In this document: positions 1-10,400 of the stretch, piece by piece
Layout: each line of letters opens with the position of its first letter
Numbering within the stretch: the first letter of the stretch is position 1
DNA from: Reclinomonas americana ATCC 50394
Taxonomy: Eukaryota
Direction of reading: 5' to 3'
Length of the DNA stretch: 35,478 nt
Assembly (NCBI GenBank): GCA_048213135.1
Contig: PS015119.1
Coordinates: 120,625-156,102, forward strand
Program-made: the position numbers and the translations under genes
The notes under the pieces: model-generated
Database searches by the model: none
What the model was told of the DNA's origin: nothing
The model's input: only the letters and a program-made list of their open reading frames with translations

Positions 1-154
1 AAACACACACATCTCGTTTCCTCTCGCGGTGGCTTCATATTGTGTGTGTTGGTGCGTGTGTGTGTGTGCAACTCGTCGCTCAACATTCCGAAACATACTG
101 TTCCACCAATCATCTTCTCATGTGACTAATCTCGGTGCGTGTCGTCCACGTGCA

Positions 155-321
155 CCCCCTCTCCTTCTCCTTCTCCCTGCCTCTTCTCCCCTCCTCTCTC
201 TCTCTCTCTGTCCCGGGCCCTTCCCCCTCTCCCTGCAGCTGTCCCTGCCTCTTCTCCCTGTACATGTCCCTGCCCCCTCTCGTTCTCCCTGTCCCCTCTC
301 CTCCCCCCTGCCCCTTCTCTC
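155..321. repeat. Polypyrimidine/polypurine low-complexity tract (intronic)
   Basis: About 165 nt almost entirely C/T on the plus strand, lying just downstream of the minus-strand donor at 340. Confidence 0.85.
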
Positions 322-340
322 ACATTAATATTCCACTCAC

Positions 341-3197
341 TTCTTGTTGCAAGGCGACGGCAAGAAGGTCTGCGTCGGTAAAGGTATCCGCATTGTCGTC
401 GACCGATGCCGGCACCGGTACCGGCTGCTGCTGGTCCTCACCGTCGTCACCGTCACCTTCCGTGCCAGCGCCATCTTCCTGCTCATCGCCATCATCTTCC
501 GCGACGAGCTCTTCATCTGCAGCCACTGACGAGTGGGTCCTCGCTTCGAATTCTGTAGCCATGGGAGATGAGCCTGCAGTCGCAGCAGCTGGCTGTTGAG
601 CCCCCAGCTGGCGAGTGTCGTCGAATGGCTTCATCGCGCGAGGGTTGACCGGTCTCGGATCTGCTGAAGCCACAGTTGCGTGTCGAGATCCGTGCTTTGC
701 CTCGTGGAGCAATTCGCGGTCAACTGGGCGCTGAGCGAGGGCGTCCAGCGAGCTGCTCGTGCGGGCAGACAAGCTGGAAGGATCCCAGAGTGAGTAAACT
801 CTCACACCACGCGCTCGCAAGGCACATTTCTGCACCTGAGCTGCATCGCATCCAGAAACGCGTCCCCTCTTTTGTCGTCACTCATCGGAATAAGTGCTGG
901 GAAGTCGATCCGACCGGCAATGCGAACCATCACTTCGCCGTCCGCGCACGCAAGTAGTTGCACCGTCGACAGAGAGATTGGGATGGCCATCGAGTGCTTG
1001 AAAAGGCTGAAGCCACGGCTTGTCAGCAACAATACGCGAAATTCTCTCTTGTTTGCCATCACGACGCAACATGCCGCCAGTGACGATGTTCTTTTGTTTA
1101 GCATCGTACACCAGATCAACGGCATTTGATCTGACACGGTCGAGGAGAGGGTAATCAACTGCTGCGTCCACGATGCTGGCCGAGTAAATTTCGACCCCCG
1201 CACTTGTCGTGTCATGATATCATGTCCATCGCAAAACAATCATGTCAGCGAAGAAAGAACAACAAAGATAAAATGCACTGCGATTGCACACCTTCCCCCA
1301 GAAGACACGGCAGCCAATCTGTGCGACTTCCGGTCTCGAACAAGCCGCCCAAAGCATTCGTTGCGACGGAAGATCTCTGGAGGCAGCACAACGTGTCCCA
1401 CGTCATCATCACTGCATGCAGGTTTCGAACATGTTTAGAATACTGCATGTACCGCAGCGCAGTGCAGCGCCAGCTGCAGCATGCATCATGGATGAGTGGC
1501 AGCGACAAACCTCTGCAGCCGCAAAAAGTGAGCGCGTTTCTCCTTCGTGGCACACATGACTGCCTTCAGGAAGCGCTGATAGGTGGGGCATTGCCGTATG
1601 AGGGCCCCGAAGATGCCCTTGTCTTCCAACAACTTGGCGAATAAGCCAGCGACGCCCAGTTTTTTGATCTTCCTGGCAACGCTGTCAGCGTCGTAGACGT
1701 TGTTTGCAGTAGCGATTTGAGGCTGCAGAACGAAATAAGAATGAGGCAGATATCGCAATCCTCCTGTGTCGAGAATATATTATCACACAAAACTGTGCAC
1801 AACTCACCTCAAGCCCGTGTGTGCAACCGATGCTGAAGAGGGTGTTCAAGGCAAAGGTATTGAGCAGCGTGAAGCCGACGAGTCGTTTCTTGTCGCGGTT
1901 GATGACTGTTGCGATCGGCACGTATTGCGCGCGCATGGCAATTGTCGGTGGCCCCGTCTTCTTCTTCTTCTTCTTCTTCTTCTTCTTCTTCTTCTTCTTC
2001 TTCGCCGTCGTCGTCGTCGTCGTCGTCGTCGTCGACGACGACGACTGGTATATACACACAGGCACACACACACACACACGAAGAGGAGAGTTGTTAGTCA
2101 TGATAAGAAGGAACAATACTGCGCACATGACGTGTCGACATAAAGGCGACAACGACGCGTACGCACTTCGCAATCAGCGACACCAGCAGCAGAGTCTTCA
2201 GCATGTCCGTTGGCGGCACACAGCCCGGTTTGTTGGCAGCAGGACGCCCCGTGTGCTTCTTGCGACCCCAATCAGCGCACACAACACTCGCATACGCCGT
2301 GATGGCCTGACTGTCCTCTGGGTCTGGGTCTGCGCAGCGTGCATTTCATCGCATCGCAGCGGTATCACAACGGTAAGACAGGGTGGATACACGTGTGGCT
2401 GCAGGTGCACACAGCGTAACAAACTTACCCCATGTCGTGGGGTCGCAGCTGGCTGATGGCAAGGCGCGAAGGACATGACGATCAAACACGTCGAACGCCT
2501 CTTGCAGATTGGCATCCTTCTGGACGTACTCCTTGTACGACTCTCTCATCGCGGCCAGTCGCTTGCGCTGAACCAATTGCGTGCAGGTACTGTGGTGAGA
2601 GAGAGGACAAATGGTGCAAAAAGTGGCAAAATTAATGCAGCGCTAGCGTACCAGAACGGCGCAAAAGAACGACTCCACCACGGCTGCGCAGACTCCGATG
2701 CGGCGCTGCTGAAACTTGCTGGCGTCTTCTTCCTTCCGCTGCTGGATACTTGAAATTGACTCGCTTCCCAGCGCCGCTGTCAGCAGCCCCTGATATTCTT
2801 CACGCGAAAGCGTGAGAAACTGTCGCACGCCGTCGGACGGTGGTGAACCGGTGGTCGTCAGCCCGCGGACAAATCGGAAAGCCTGCAGTGTGGGCGAGTC
2901 TGGCGCAGCGTTGCTCACTGCGTCCACGATTGCCTGCCACTGTGCCGGCTGGTGCTCTTGTGGCATGCGCACATGCACTTCTGGCTGCGGGAGATCATGA
3001 GCGCTGGCAGCAGTTGGCGGCGGCGGCGGCGGCGGCGGCGGTGGTGGTGGTGGTGGTGGTGGTGGTGGTGGTGGTGGTGGTGCATTCGGATCCGGAGTGC
3101 GAGCAAATGCATGCGTACGAGTATGCGCATTGGACGGCCCTTCGTTCGGGTACTTTGAGCAATCAATGGCATCGAGTACGGACTGTGGTGTTGTCAT
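341..3197 (-). CDS. Multi-exon hypothetical protein with poly-Pro, poly-Thr and poly-Lys tracts; 3' end runs off the window, 5' end may extend across the gap
   Basis: Mostly phase-consistent GT-AG exon chain read on the minus strand: MTTPQSVLDAIDC...(P)n..., TCTQLVQRK...PTTW|DPDPEDSQ...LIAKC|SSSS(T)nA(K)nTGPPTIAMRAQYVP...CTHGLE|PQIATANN...RLQ|SDDDVGH...|SAGVEIY...|SLSARTSS...ALQQE|gtgagt at 340. Two junctions are uncertain. No family recognised. Confidence 0.6.
1958..2044. repeat. Compound trinucleotide microsatellite (CTT)n then (GTC)n/(GAC)n
   Basis: Seen directly: CTT run 1958-2003, GTC run 2007-2033. Encodes poly-Thr/poly-Lys in the splice-consistent minus frame. Confidence 0.95.
3016..3081. 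repeat. (GGC)n(GGT)n microsatellite encoding poly-Pro on the minus strand
   Basis: Seen directly; lies in ORF 2643..3248. Confidence 0.95.
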
Positions 3198-3332
3198 CCT
3201 CGCGGTCGCGCGATCGCTGCAGGTCTGCACACGCACACAGACACGCACAGAATAGAAAAACAGAGGAAGAAAAGTTGAGTTGGACTTTTCGAATCATTCG
3301 CATTCAATTTGCACTAAAGAATATGAATACAC

Positions 3333-3755
3333 NNNNNNNNNNNNNNNNNNNNNNNNNNNNNNNNNNNNNNNNNNNNNNNNNNNNNNNNNNNNNNNNNNNN
3401 NNNNNNNNNNNNNNNNNNNNNNNNNNNNNNNNNNNNNNNNNNNNNNNNNNNNNNNNNNNNNNNNNNNNNNNNNNNNNNNNNNNNNNNNNNNNNNNNNNNN
3501 NNNNNNNNNNNNNNNNNNNNNNNNNNNNNNNNNNNNNNNNNNNNNNNNNNNNNNNNNNNNNNNNNNNNNNNNNNNNNNNNNNNNNNNNNNNNNNNNNNNN
3601 NNNNNNNNNNNNNNNNNNNNNNNNNNNNNNNNNNNNNNNNNNNNNNNNNNNNNNNNNNNNNNNNNNNNNNNNNNNNNNNNNNNNNNNNNNNNNNNNNNNN
3701 NNNNNNNNNNNNNNNNNNNNNNNNNNNNNNNNNNNNNNNNNNNNNNNNNNNNNNN
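3333..3755. other. Assembly gap
   Basis: N-run. Confidence 1.
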
Positions 3756-4303
3756 ATGCGCACGATCTCTCTCGCTCTCTCCATCTTCTTTCCACCTAAT
3801 GCTATCACATTCTGTGCAACTGTTTCAATCTACACAGAGAGAGAGAGTGGGATCTGGGGGTGCTTACCTTGGCGTGCGCGCTGCGTGAGAATATATTCGA
3901 TCGCGAATTCGCACTCGCAAACAAAATGGAGAACAATCAGACATTCTATGCGGAAATGGATCACGCGTGTGCTTTCTGTTGTCCGAGTTCCCTCGGACAT
4001 ATATACAGCCGCTTTGTGAGTGACAGCAACGCCCTTTGTTCATTTTCCTCACACCCTGCGAGAAGCTGAAGTGACGTTCCCACAGCCAGTACGGCACTGG
4101 TCGGTCCCTTGCATGCAACCAATGAATACGGTACCGTCCACGGTACCGTCCCGATGCCGAACGGCATCGTTCTGTCACTTAGACCGTCCCTAATTCTTCC
4201 GGCGATCGACAAAAAAAGGAGAAAAAAACTCACCAGTTCTGCCGAATGAAGCTCATCCGGCGTCGTCCGGTGTCGGCACGGTGCCCATTTTTAGCCGCGG
4301 CTG

Positions 4304-4328
4304 CCCGCCCCCGGCCGCCCCCGCCCCC
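4304..4328 (-). promoter_or_regulatory. GC-box cluster / canonical G-quadruplex motif
   Basis: Plus strand CCC-G-CCCCC-GGCCG-CCCCC-G-CCCCC gives four G-tracts with short loops on the minus strand. Lies just upstream of a minus-strand ATG and a gtgagt donor near 4233. Function is inferred. Confidence 0.45.
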
Positions 4329-4449
4329 GCTCCGCTTTGCATGCACTCCCTCGCCCCACCACCCACCATCTACTCAAGGTGCCACACTCAATGGATTCAC
4401 TCATACTCATACAAAATGCTCTATTAGAGAAAAAAACAAAGAAAAACGC

Positions 4450-6650
4450 CAGAGTCGGAAACTCGTGAAGTCCTCCGCATAGCGTTGACCCAGAAGTGCC
4501 CACAGTCCCGAGAAGCATCCATCACCCAGCATTCGGTGGCACACGAAAAGCAAACACAATCCAGCTCCACCCCAGAAGGATTCAGCACCTCCGTATCACC
4601 GTCACCAGACGAGATCGACCTCCTCCTTGTAACAGCTCGGCAGCAGCACCGGCAAAGAGCCATCATACGTCACAATCGTTCTACAAGCAAGTCTGGGCAC
4701 GATCGTAAACAGCCGATCCACCGTCCAGCGGAGACGCAAGCACCCGTCACTCGGCAGCGATGCAGTCAAGTCTTGAAACACAGCCGTGAACGAACTCCAC
4801 AGAGCCTCCACGAAGATGAGCGAGTATCTGCACGGCGAACATCGCATGAGAACGTGCAGCTCGTACAATGCGCAGTGTCTCACAATGCATCTGCGCATCA
4901 AATAAGCAAAAGGACAGCAGCGGAGAGTGACACTCACCATCAAACCGAATGTACTATCTGTGCCACTTGGTTCCTTCGAATGCACCATCGTCGATGCTGT
5001 TGCTCGGTTGAGCAAGAAGCCACTTCGATACAGTGTCAACCAACCGTGATCATGCAGCACATGATACTGCACAGCTTTTGCTCACCTCATCAAAAGAACG
5101 GAGACAGCACCATGAGACATGTCTGCCACAAATTAGCACACCACGGCGCACATCGCAGTCGCCGGGAGCACGTACTACTCACGGATACCGACGACACGAG
5201 TGGCAGTGAAACGGTGTCAACACGTAACAATGAAGACGACGCTGCTGTGAAGGTGACGGGTCAGATACAACGAGGGCTCCTGGAAACAGACTCAGTCACT
5301 CCGATGCTGCATGTGGAGCAGTGCATCATTGGTGCCAAAGCTGCTCAACGAGAGAGAGAACAGATGTAAGAGTGCTCACATGAGATGAGAAGTGTGTGTG
5401 AGGACACCACAACAGCCAAACCTCGAAGAGATCATGCACAATGTGCGTCACCACGAGCTCGCAGGTAGCAAGGCACGCACCAAGGGTGCAGAGTGGTTGA
5501 CTGTGCTGCTACAGATGACGGCCTCTTCGGTGAGTGACATGCTCGGAAAAATGCTCAAACAAACAAGTCATCACTCACACAATGGGAACGACGTGGCACG
5601 GCACACGCGCATCAACAGTGAGCCACTCTCACATGCATCACTGAGTGTGTGCTGGAGAAGCCTGTCTCGACGCAAGGATACGCAGGTATGAACAATGGTG
5701 AGCAAGGAAGCAGCGGAAGAATGCTCAAACAAACACTCACTTGCCACGCCAAGACGGCAGAGGCTCAAGCGCGAACAAGAGAGACAAGTCGTGTTGGTTG
5801 ATCACACTGGAATGTAAGAAATGCTCACTCGCAAAGAAACAGTGGCAGTGCTGCACTGTTGCAGCAGCCAGCCACAACACTGTGGCAAAGAGCACGCCAA
5901 CCGCTCGTCCATGTCGACAGTGGATTCGACTGTGGCGCGAGAGATGCATCAACACAAGCACCACACCAATGCAGTGCGCATGCAGAAGATGGCACGCTGG
6001 CCGCTGGCCGCTGCGCTGGCGAGTGATCACGAAGCGACAATGGTCATGGTGATGCGTGATCAATGGGTGAGGTTGCCATTCGTGCACGCCCACGACACCG
6101 TTCGCCAGGCGCGCGGTGAGGCATGGTGACGGTGCCGTGCAGGTGGTGAGTGGCCGGACGCGTCGACGCGTCAGACCGCGCGCGAACAACAGCGTCGCTT
6201 GTGGCCACGGCTGCCTCAGTGCATGTGGCAGCCTCACTCTGCACTGTGCTGGGAAGCAATCGCTGGCGCTTCCGCACCGGAGAGGCTGCAAGTATCAAAA
6301 CACGCAAATGAGGACATCATCCCACACGGAGACACGATCATGATGCATGCAGCTCCACATGCAGACAACAGGAGTCACACAAACACATGCGCGCACAGCA
6401 GAGAGAGAGAGAGAGAGATGGAGAGGGCGAGAACAGACACGCGAACCTGCACTTGATTGTGCTTGTGACAGAGTGTGCGCGATGAAGCCGCAGAGTGACG
6501 CGAACATGTGCCTGAACACCTCGTCATTGTTCTCCGGTAAGCAGGCATTCTCGGGCGGGAGAAGATGAGTGTGAAGAGAGTGATGGTGCAATGACTGTCT
6601 CCATTCTTTCGCGTGAACAACAGCCAGCGTGGAAAGGGCGGGAGTGCTCG
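4450..6650 (-). pseudogene. Probable decayed intron-containing gene or repeat (CpG-depleted)
   Basis: Host-like minus-strand donors (gtgagt near 4938, 5182, 5740) and an intron-like (GA)n near 6400, but putative exons contain in-frame TGA stops (5292-5294 and 5217-5219, same frame). ORFs are rich in His/Cys/Met/Gln, as expected after CG->TG/CA changes. Confidence 0.4.
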
Positions 6651-6697
6651 CATTTCCTATTTAAGTGTTAATTAGTTACTAATTATACTATGGTTTC

Positions 6698-6755
6698 TGA
6701 AAGTGAAGAACGAGCAGTCGACATAAGTATTTGTCTCCTACTCGTTCTTCTTTCA
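6698..6755 (-). other. 58-nt stem-loop in the probable 3' UTR of the 6795-7285 gene
   Basis: Minus strand UGAAA-GAAGAACGAGUAG-GA-GACA-AAUACUUA-UGUC-GA-CUGCUCGUUCUUC-AC-UUUCA: 13-bp helix with one G-U, tandem GA/GA, 4-bp upper helix. Confidence 0.6.
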
Positions 6756-6794
6756 TTTTGCTTAATTTTCCTTTTTTATCGGAAAGTCATTGAC

Positions 6795-7285
6795 TTACTG
6801 ATCACCACCTGTCAACACGGTGGCCACTTCACCGGCCAGGCGGCACGCTTCGCGCAGTCTCTCGTGCACACTGGCGAACTCGCGAATGCAGTCAACATAC
6901 GCCAGCGTGGCGTCCAGCAGCAGAATGCGCTGCTGCCGTTGGACGGGTGACAGGCAGGTGGCGTGCGTGCTGGCGATAAAGTGCAAGTCATGCGCGCACT
7001 CGCTGTCGATTGTGGCGCGCAGGTAGTTGGAGAACGCTCGGCCAGCATCGGCAGCGCCCAAGGCGTTCTGTTCACACAAAAGCATAACGTGGAAGTGAGC
7101 ACCGAAGCTGAAGAACAGCTCTACGTTCTGTATCTGTGATTCACCGACACAATCTCGGCCAGCGGCTCGTCGGGAACGCACTGCTCCTCGTCCGAGGTGT
7201 CGCTGTTCGGTGCCGAGTCGTCGATAATCATGTCGTCAGCGTCACACCACTCCTCCCACTCGTGTCTCTCCTCGCAGCGGCTCAT
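6795..7285 (-). CDS. Small hypothetical protein with acidic N-terminus (at least 2 exons)
   Basis: ATG at 7285, MSRCEERHEWEEWCDADDMII...EIVS, phase-0 intron gtgaat...gaacag, then NALGAADAGRAFSNYLR...VLTGGDQ* ending at 6795. Confidence 0.55.
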
Positions 7286-7450
7286 GGTGAATTGAGAGTG
7301 TCAGCGTGACTCGGCTCCGCACTTGTCTTGTGACGGTGATTTCTCCGCGACATCGGCGTGACCTATGTTTCTCCGCGCGCCAGATCACATCATGTTTTAC
7401 AACCAGGAAAGCGTCGCTTAAACAAAACGTTTTCCAGTGTACTTTATTAT

Positions 7451-10400
7451 TTACAAGCCGAGATACGCCTGTGGCGTGCTGTGTGGTGAGTGGCTGTCGA
7501 ATAATCGCTGCACGCGTTGATTGGCTGCCAGGTCTTGCACATCGCGTCGATCAATGGGCACACCCTGCGCGACATTATCAGTGAGTGAGACAAACCGCGC
7601 CGTCGGCATTTGCGTGACAACCAACATACCGACAGCTGGGCGTGACTTTGCTGCGAGACCGGATCGACATCGCCACTGCGTCGCATGCATCACGGGTGAG
7701 AGGAGCGCCCGAGACAACCACAGCTGCAGGCAAGCCTCACGACGCAACGACACGCCCTCCTGACTACCGTACTGACTGCGTCCGCTACGTGGCAAGAACG
7801 GGCTGCTGGCGGCCAGATCGGCGGCGGCATCGTCGTCGTCGTAGCCACGGCCAATGGGACTGGCTGGCGAGGCCGCTGCACCTGCTCCACTCGCCAGTTG
7901 TCGCGCAGCGATTCGCCGTCGGTACATGGTGTACACGACGACGGTGACCAGACCAATGAACCCGAGGCAGCCGACAATCATCACAATGGCAAACGCGTAT
8001 GTCGGATGACAGCCCTTTGTGTGTGTGTGTGCGTGCGTGTGCAGGGTGAGCGTGACGAGTGCAGTCAACGGTCACAACTCTCCATCTTTCTCATCGACGA
8101 AACAGTAAGATCGTGGTTGGGCGCAAACAGAGCCGAGCAGTACGTGCATTTCATGCCGTCGCCGTCCTTGGTGAAGAAGCCTGCCGGGGGGAACGCATGG
8201 AAGACAATCAGTGACACTGCACGGAAATGGTGCAGACAACATTGCTCGACATGCGAATCATCACCTCCCGGGTCGCACTTGAGACATCCGGAGCGGGTTG
8301 GATTGACACGCTCGTCCGGGGCACAGCCCTGGCAAATGTACGCGCCACCTTGCGAGTACGTGTTCTCCTGGCACGGTGAGCACTGCGTCGTGTTTGACAG
8401 CGGTGCGTACTTGCCGGGATCACAGAGCAGACAGTTTGTCAGTCCCGGCTTGTCGGCATACTCGCCCGGCTGACACATGCTGCACGCTAATTGACCCTGC
8501 AGAGCACGCGCGCGCGTGAATACCAGTGCTGTATCGGTGCAAGCACGAAACACAACACGCCAAGACATACCTCTAGTGGCTGCGCGGATCCCTGCGGGCA
8601 CGGGTAGCCCCCTCCCATTCCCTGCGAGAACAGTGAGTGAGTGCCACTGTCATGAATCCAACAAGATGGCGCCAGAGCAACCACGCACCGATAGTGGACA
8701 GTAGTAGCCGGCGGTACAGTTGTGACAGTTGGCATTGCCTTCGCCAGCCGCGAATTCACCGGGAAGACACTCCAGACACGCGAGCGAGCCCTGTAGCGAA
8801 CAAGCAGGCGAGTCAGGCACAGTGGCAAGACAGAGAAAGAGAAGGAGACGCGCACGGTACCTGTTGTGGAGCAGCCCACCCAGCTTGACACTTGTCGCAG
8901 CTGCTGCCACCCTGTGAATATGATGGGTCAGAAAACTGCAACAAAATATCGACAGAGCACAAGCCAAACACACCGGCTTGTCGCGCACATAGCCCGGCGA
9001 GCAGGGAGTGCACTCACGGGCGGAAGGCTTGTCGGCAAAGTGACCCGGTTCACAGTTGAAGCATCGGGCAGAACCCTGTACCGAGATGTCCACACAATGA
9101 GTATCTCTTGAAGCAATGAGAGAGGGAGGAGAAATTGTGCGTACCGTGTCGTTCGTGAAGGTACCCGGTTGGCACGGCAAGCACGGAGTGGATGAGCCCT
9201 GCAAAGTGACGAGAATAAGAAAATGGAGAACACAGATGGAGCCACAGTGCGAGACAACGGATACCTCCTGGTCCAGCGCCGAGCCTGGATCACACGGAGT
9301 GCATGCGTGTTGTCCGCGGCTCGCAGCAAACTCACCACGCTTGCACTGGTAGCACTCGGAGAGGCCCTGTGATTCGAGCAGAGTCAGACCGACGCACTCG
9401 CCCACTGTGACACGAGCACACACACACCGTCACATTCGCAAACGTGCCAGCATTGCAGGGCGAGCACAGCGACTCGTTGTTGGCTTTCGGGCATTGGCCC
9501 TTGAGGCACACATTCAGGTACGAGCAGCCGAGGCCTGCAGATTTAGCGTGAGCGACTTGGCATCGAATACTCCCGACACAAAGTGACGCAACCGCTGAAT
9601 TCGCCAAAGCCACAGTCGACACACTCAAAGGCACCGACCAGAAACAGTGCTGCGCACTTGCAAGTCAGACGCACACACAAATGAAGGTAATGCACCAGCT
9701 GAGTGGCGACATCCAGCAAACCTCGCGACTCCGGCATGAGATTGGAGAACTCGGGCCTTCTCAGCGCCACCGCCATCCGTCCTTTGGCTTCCGAGTCAAA
9801 CACTGGCAGCGTGGCCGCCGCACTTGCCAACACCGTCACGTCGTGCGGATCCGCGTTGAGAACAATCGACGGTGTGGCCGGCAGGGCAGTAGAATTGACG
9901 TTGGCCTCTGGCACCGATGGCGCGACTGGCGCGACCTCGCGCTGAGGGGGAGGTGACATCGTGGTCGCGATTGTCTCCGGCTGAATCGAGGCAGGAACTG
10001 CGGTCCGCTGCAACGGCACTCCAGTCGTCGCCGCGACGTCGGGCTGAACAGGTGCGGTGATGGGAGTCTTTGCCGGTGCAGGAGCCGCGGTCGGGGTCAC
10101 AGGCACGTCTGGAGTCGCCGTCGAAGCAGGTGTGGCAGGCAAAGTCGGGGTCGTGGGAACTTCCGACTGCGCAGCTGCTGCTGGCGGCGCTGGTACGACA
10201 GCCGGCGTTGTGGTCGCAGACACTGCAGGAGGAGCTGGGGACACCGCTGGTGTCGACGGCAGAGGTGCAGCAGTTGGTGTCGGGGTGGAGGGAACCTCCG
10301 GCTGCGCTGCTGTTGCTGGTGTTGGGGTCGCAGGCACAGCAGGCTGCACAGGTGTCGGCGTCGACGGCGGAGCAACAGCCGGTGATTGGGTCGCAGGCAC

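Noticed and set aside
940..1010. SVDG as a KDZ transposase DGNF catalytic motif
   Set aside because: Poor match, no preceding CxxC, and the segment may be intronic because the reading frame changes here.
1809..2075. Poly-Asp/poly-Glu reading of the compound microsatellite
   Set aside because: That frame stops at the next donor, whereas the poly-Thr/poly-Lys frame is phase-consistent on both sides.
3280..3888. Long ORFs spanning N-runs (also around 17374-18775 and 23371-24612)
   Set aside because: Artefacts of translating through assembly gaps.
5183..5340. Alternative genetic code (UGA read as sense)
   Set aside because: Intact genes in the window end in TGA (DUF1295, SMC6) and use TGG for conserved Trp; the internal TGAs are better explained by decay.
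4485..5369. 294-aa plus-strand ORF as a real gene
   Set aside because: Begins at TTG, has no recognisable motif, and splice signals in the region point to the minus strand.
6698..6755. SECIS element
   Set aside because: Has a tandem GA/GA but lacks the AUGA context, the upper helix is only 4 bp, and the upstream gene model has no in-frame UGA.
4197..6790. Terminal inverted repeats (cgacaaaaaaaggagaaaa near 4207 vs reverse complement of about 6765-6781)
   Set aside because: Similarity is short, mostly A-runs and gapped; no target-site duplication seen.
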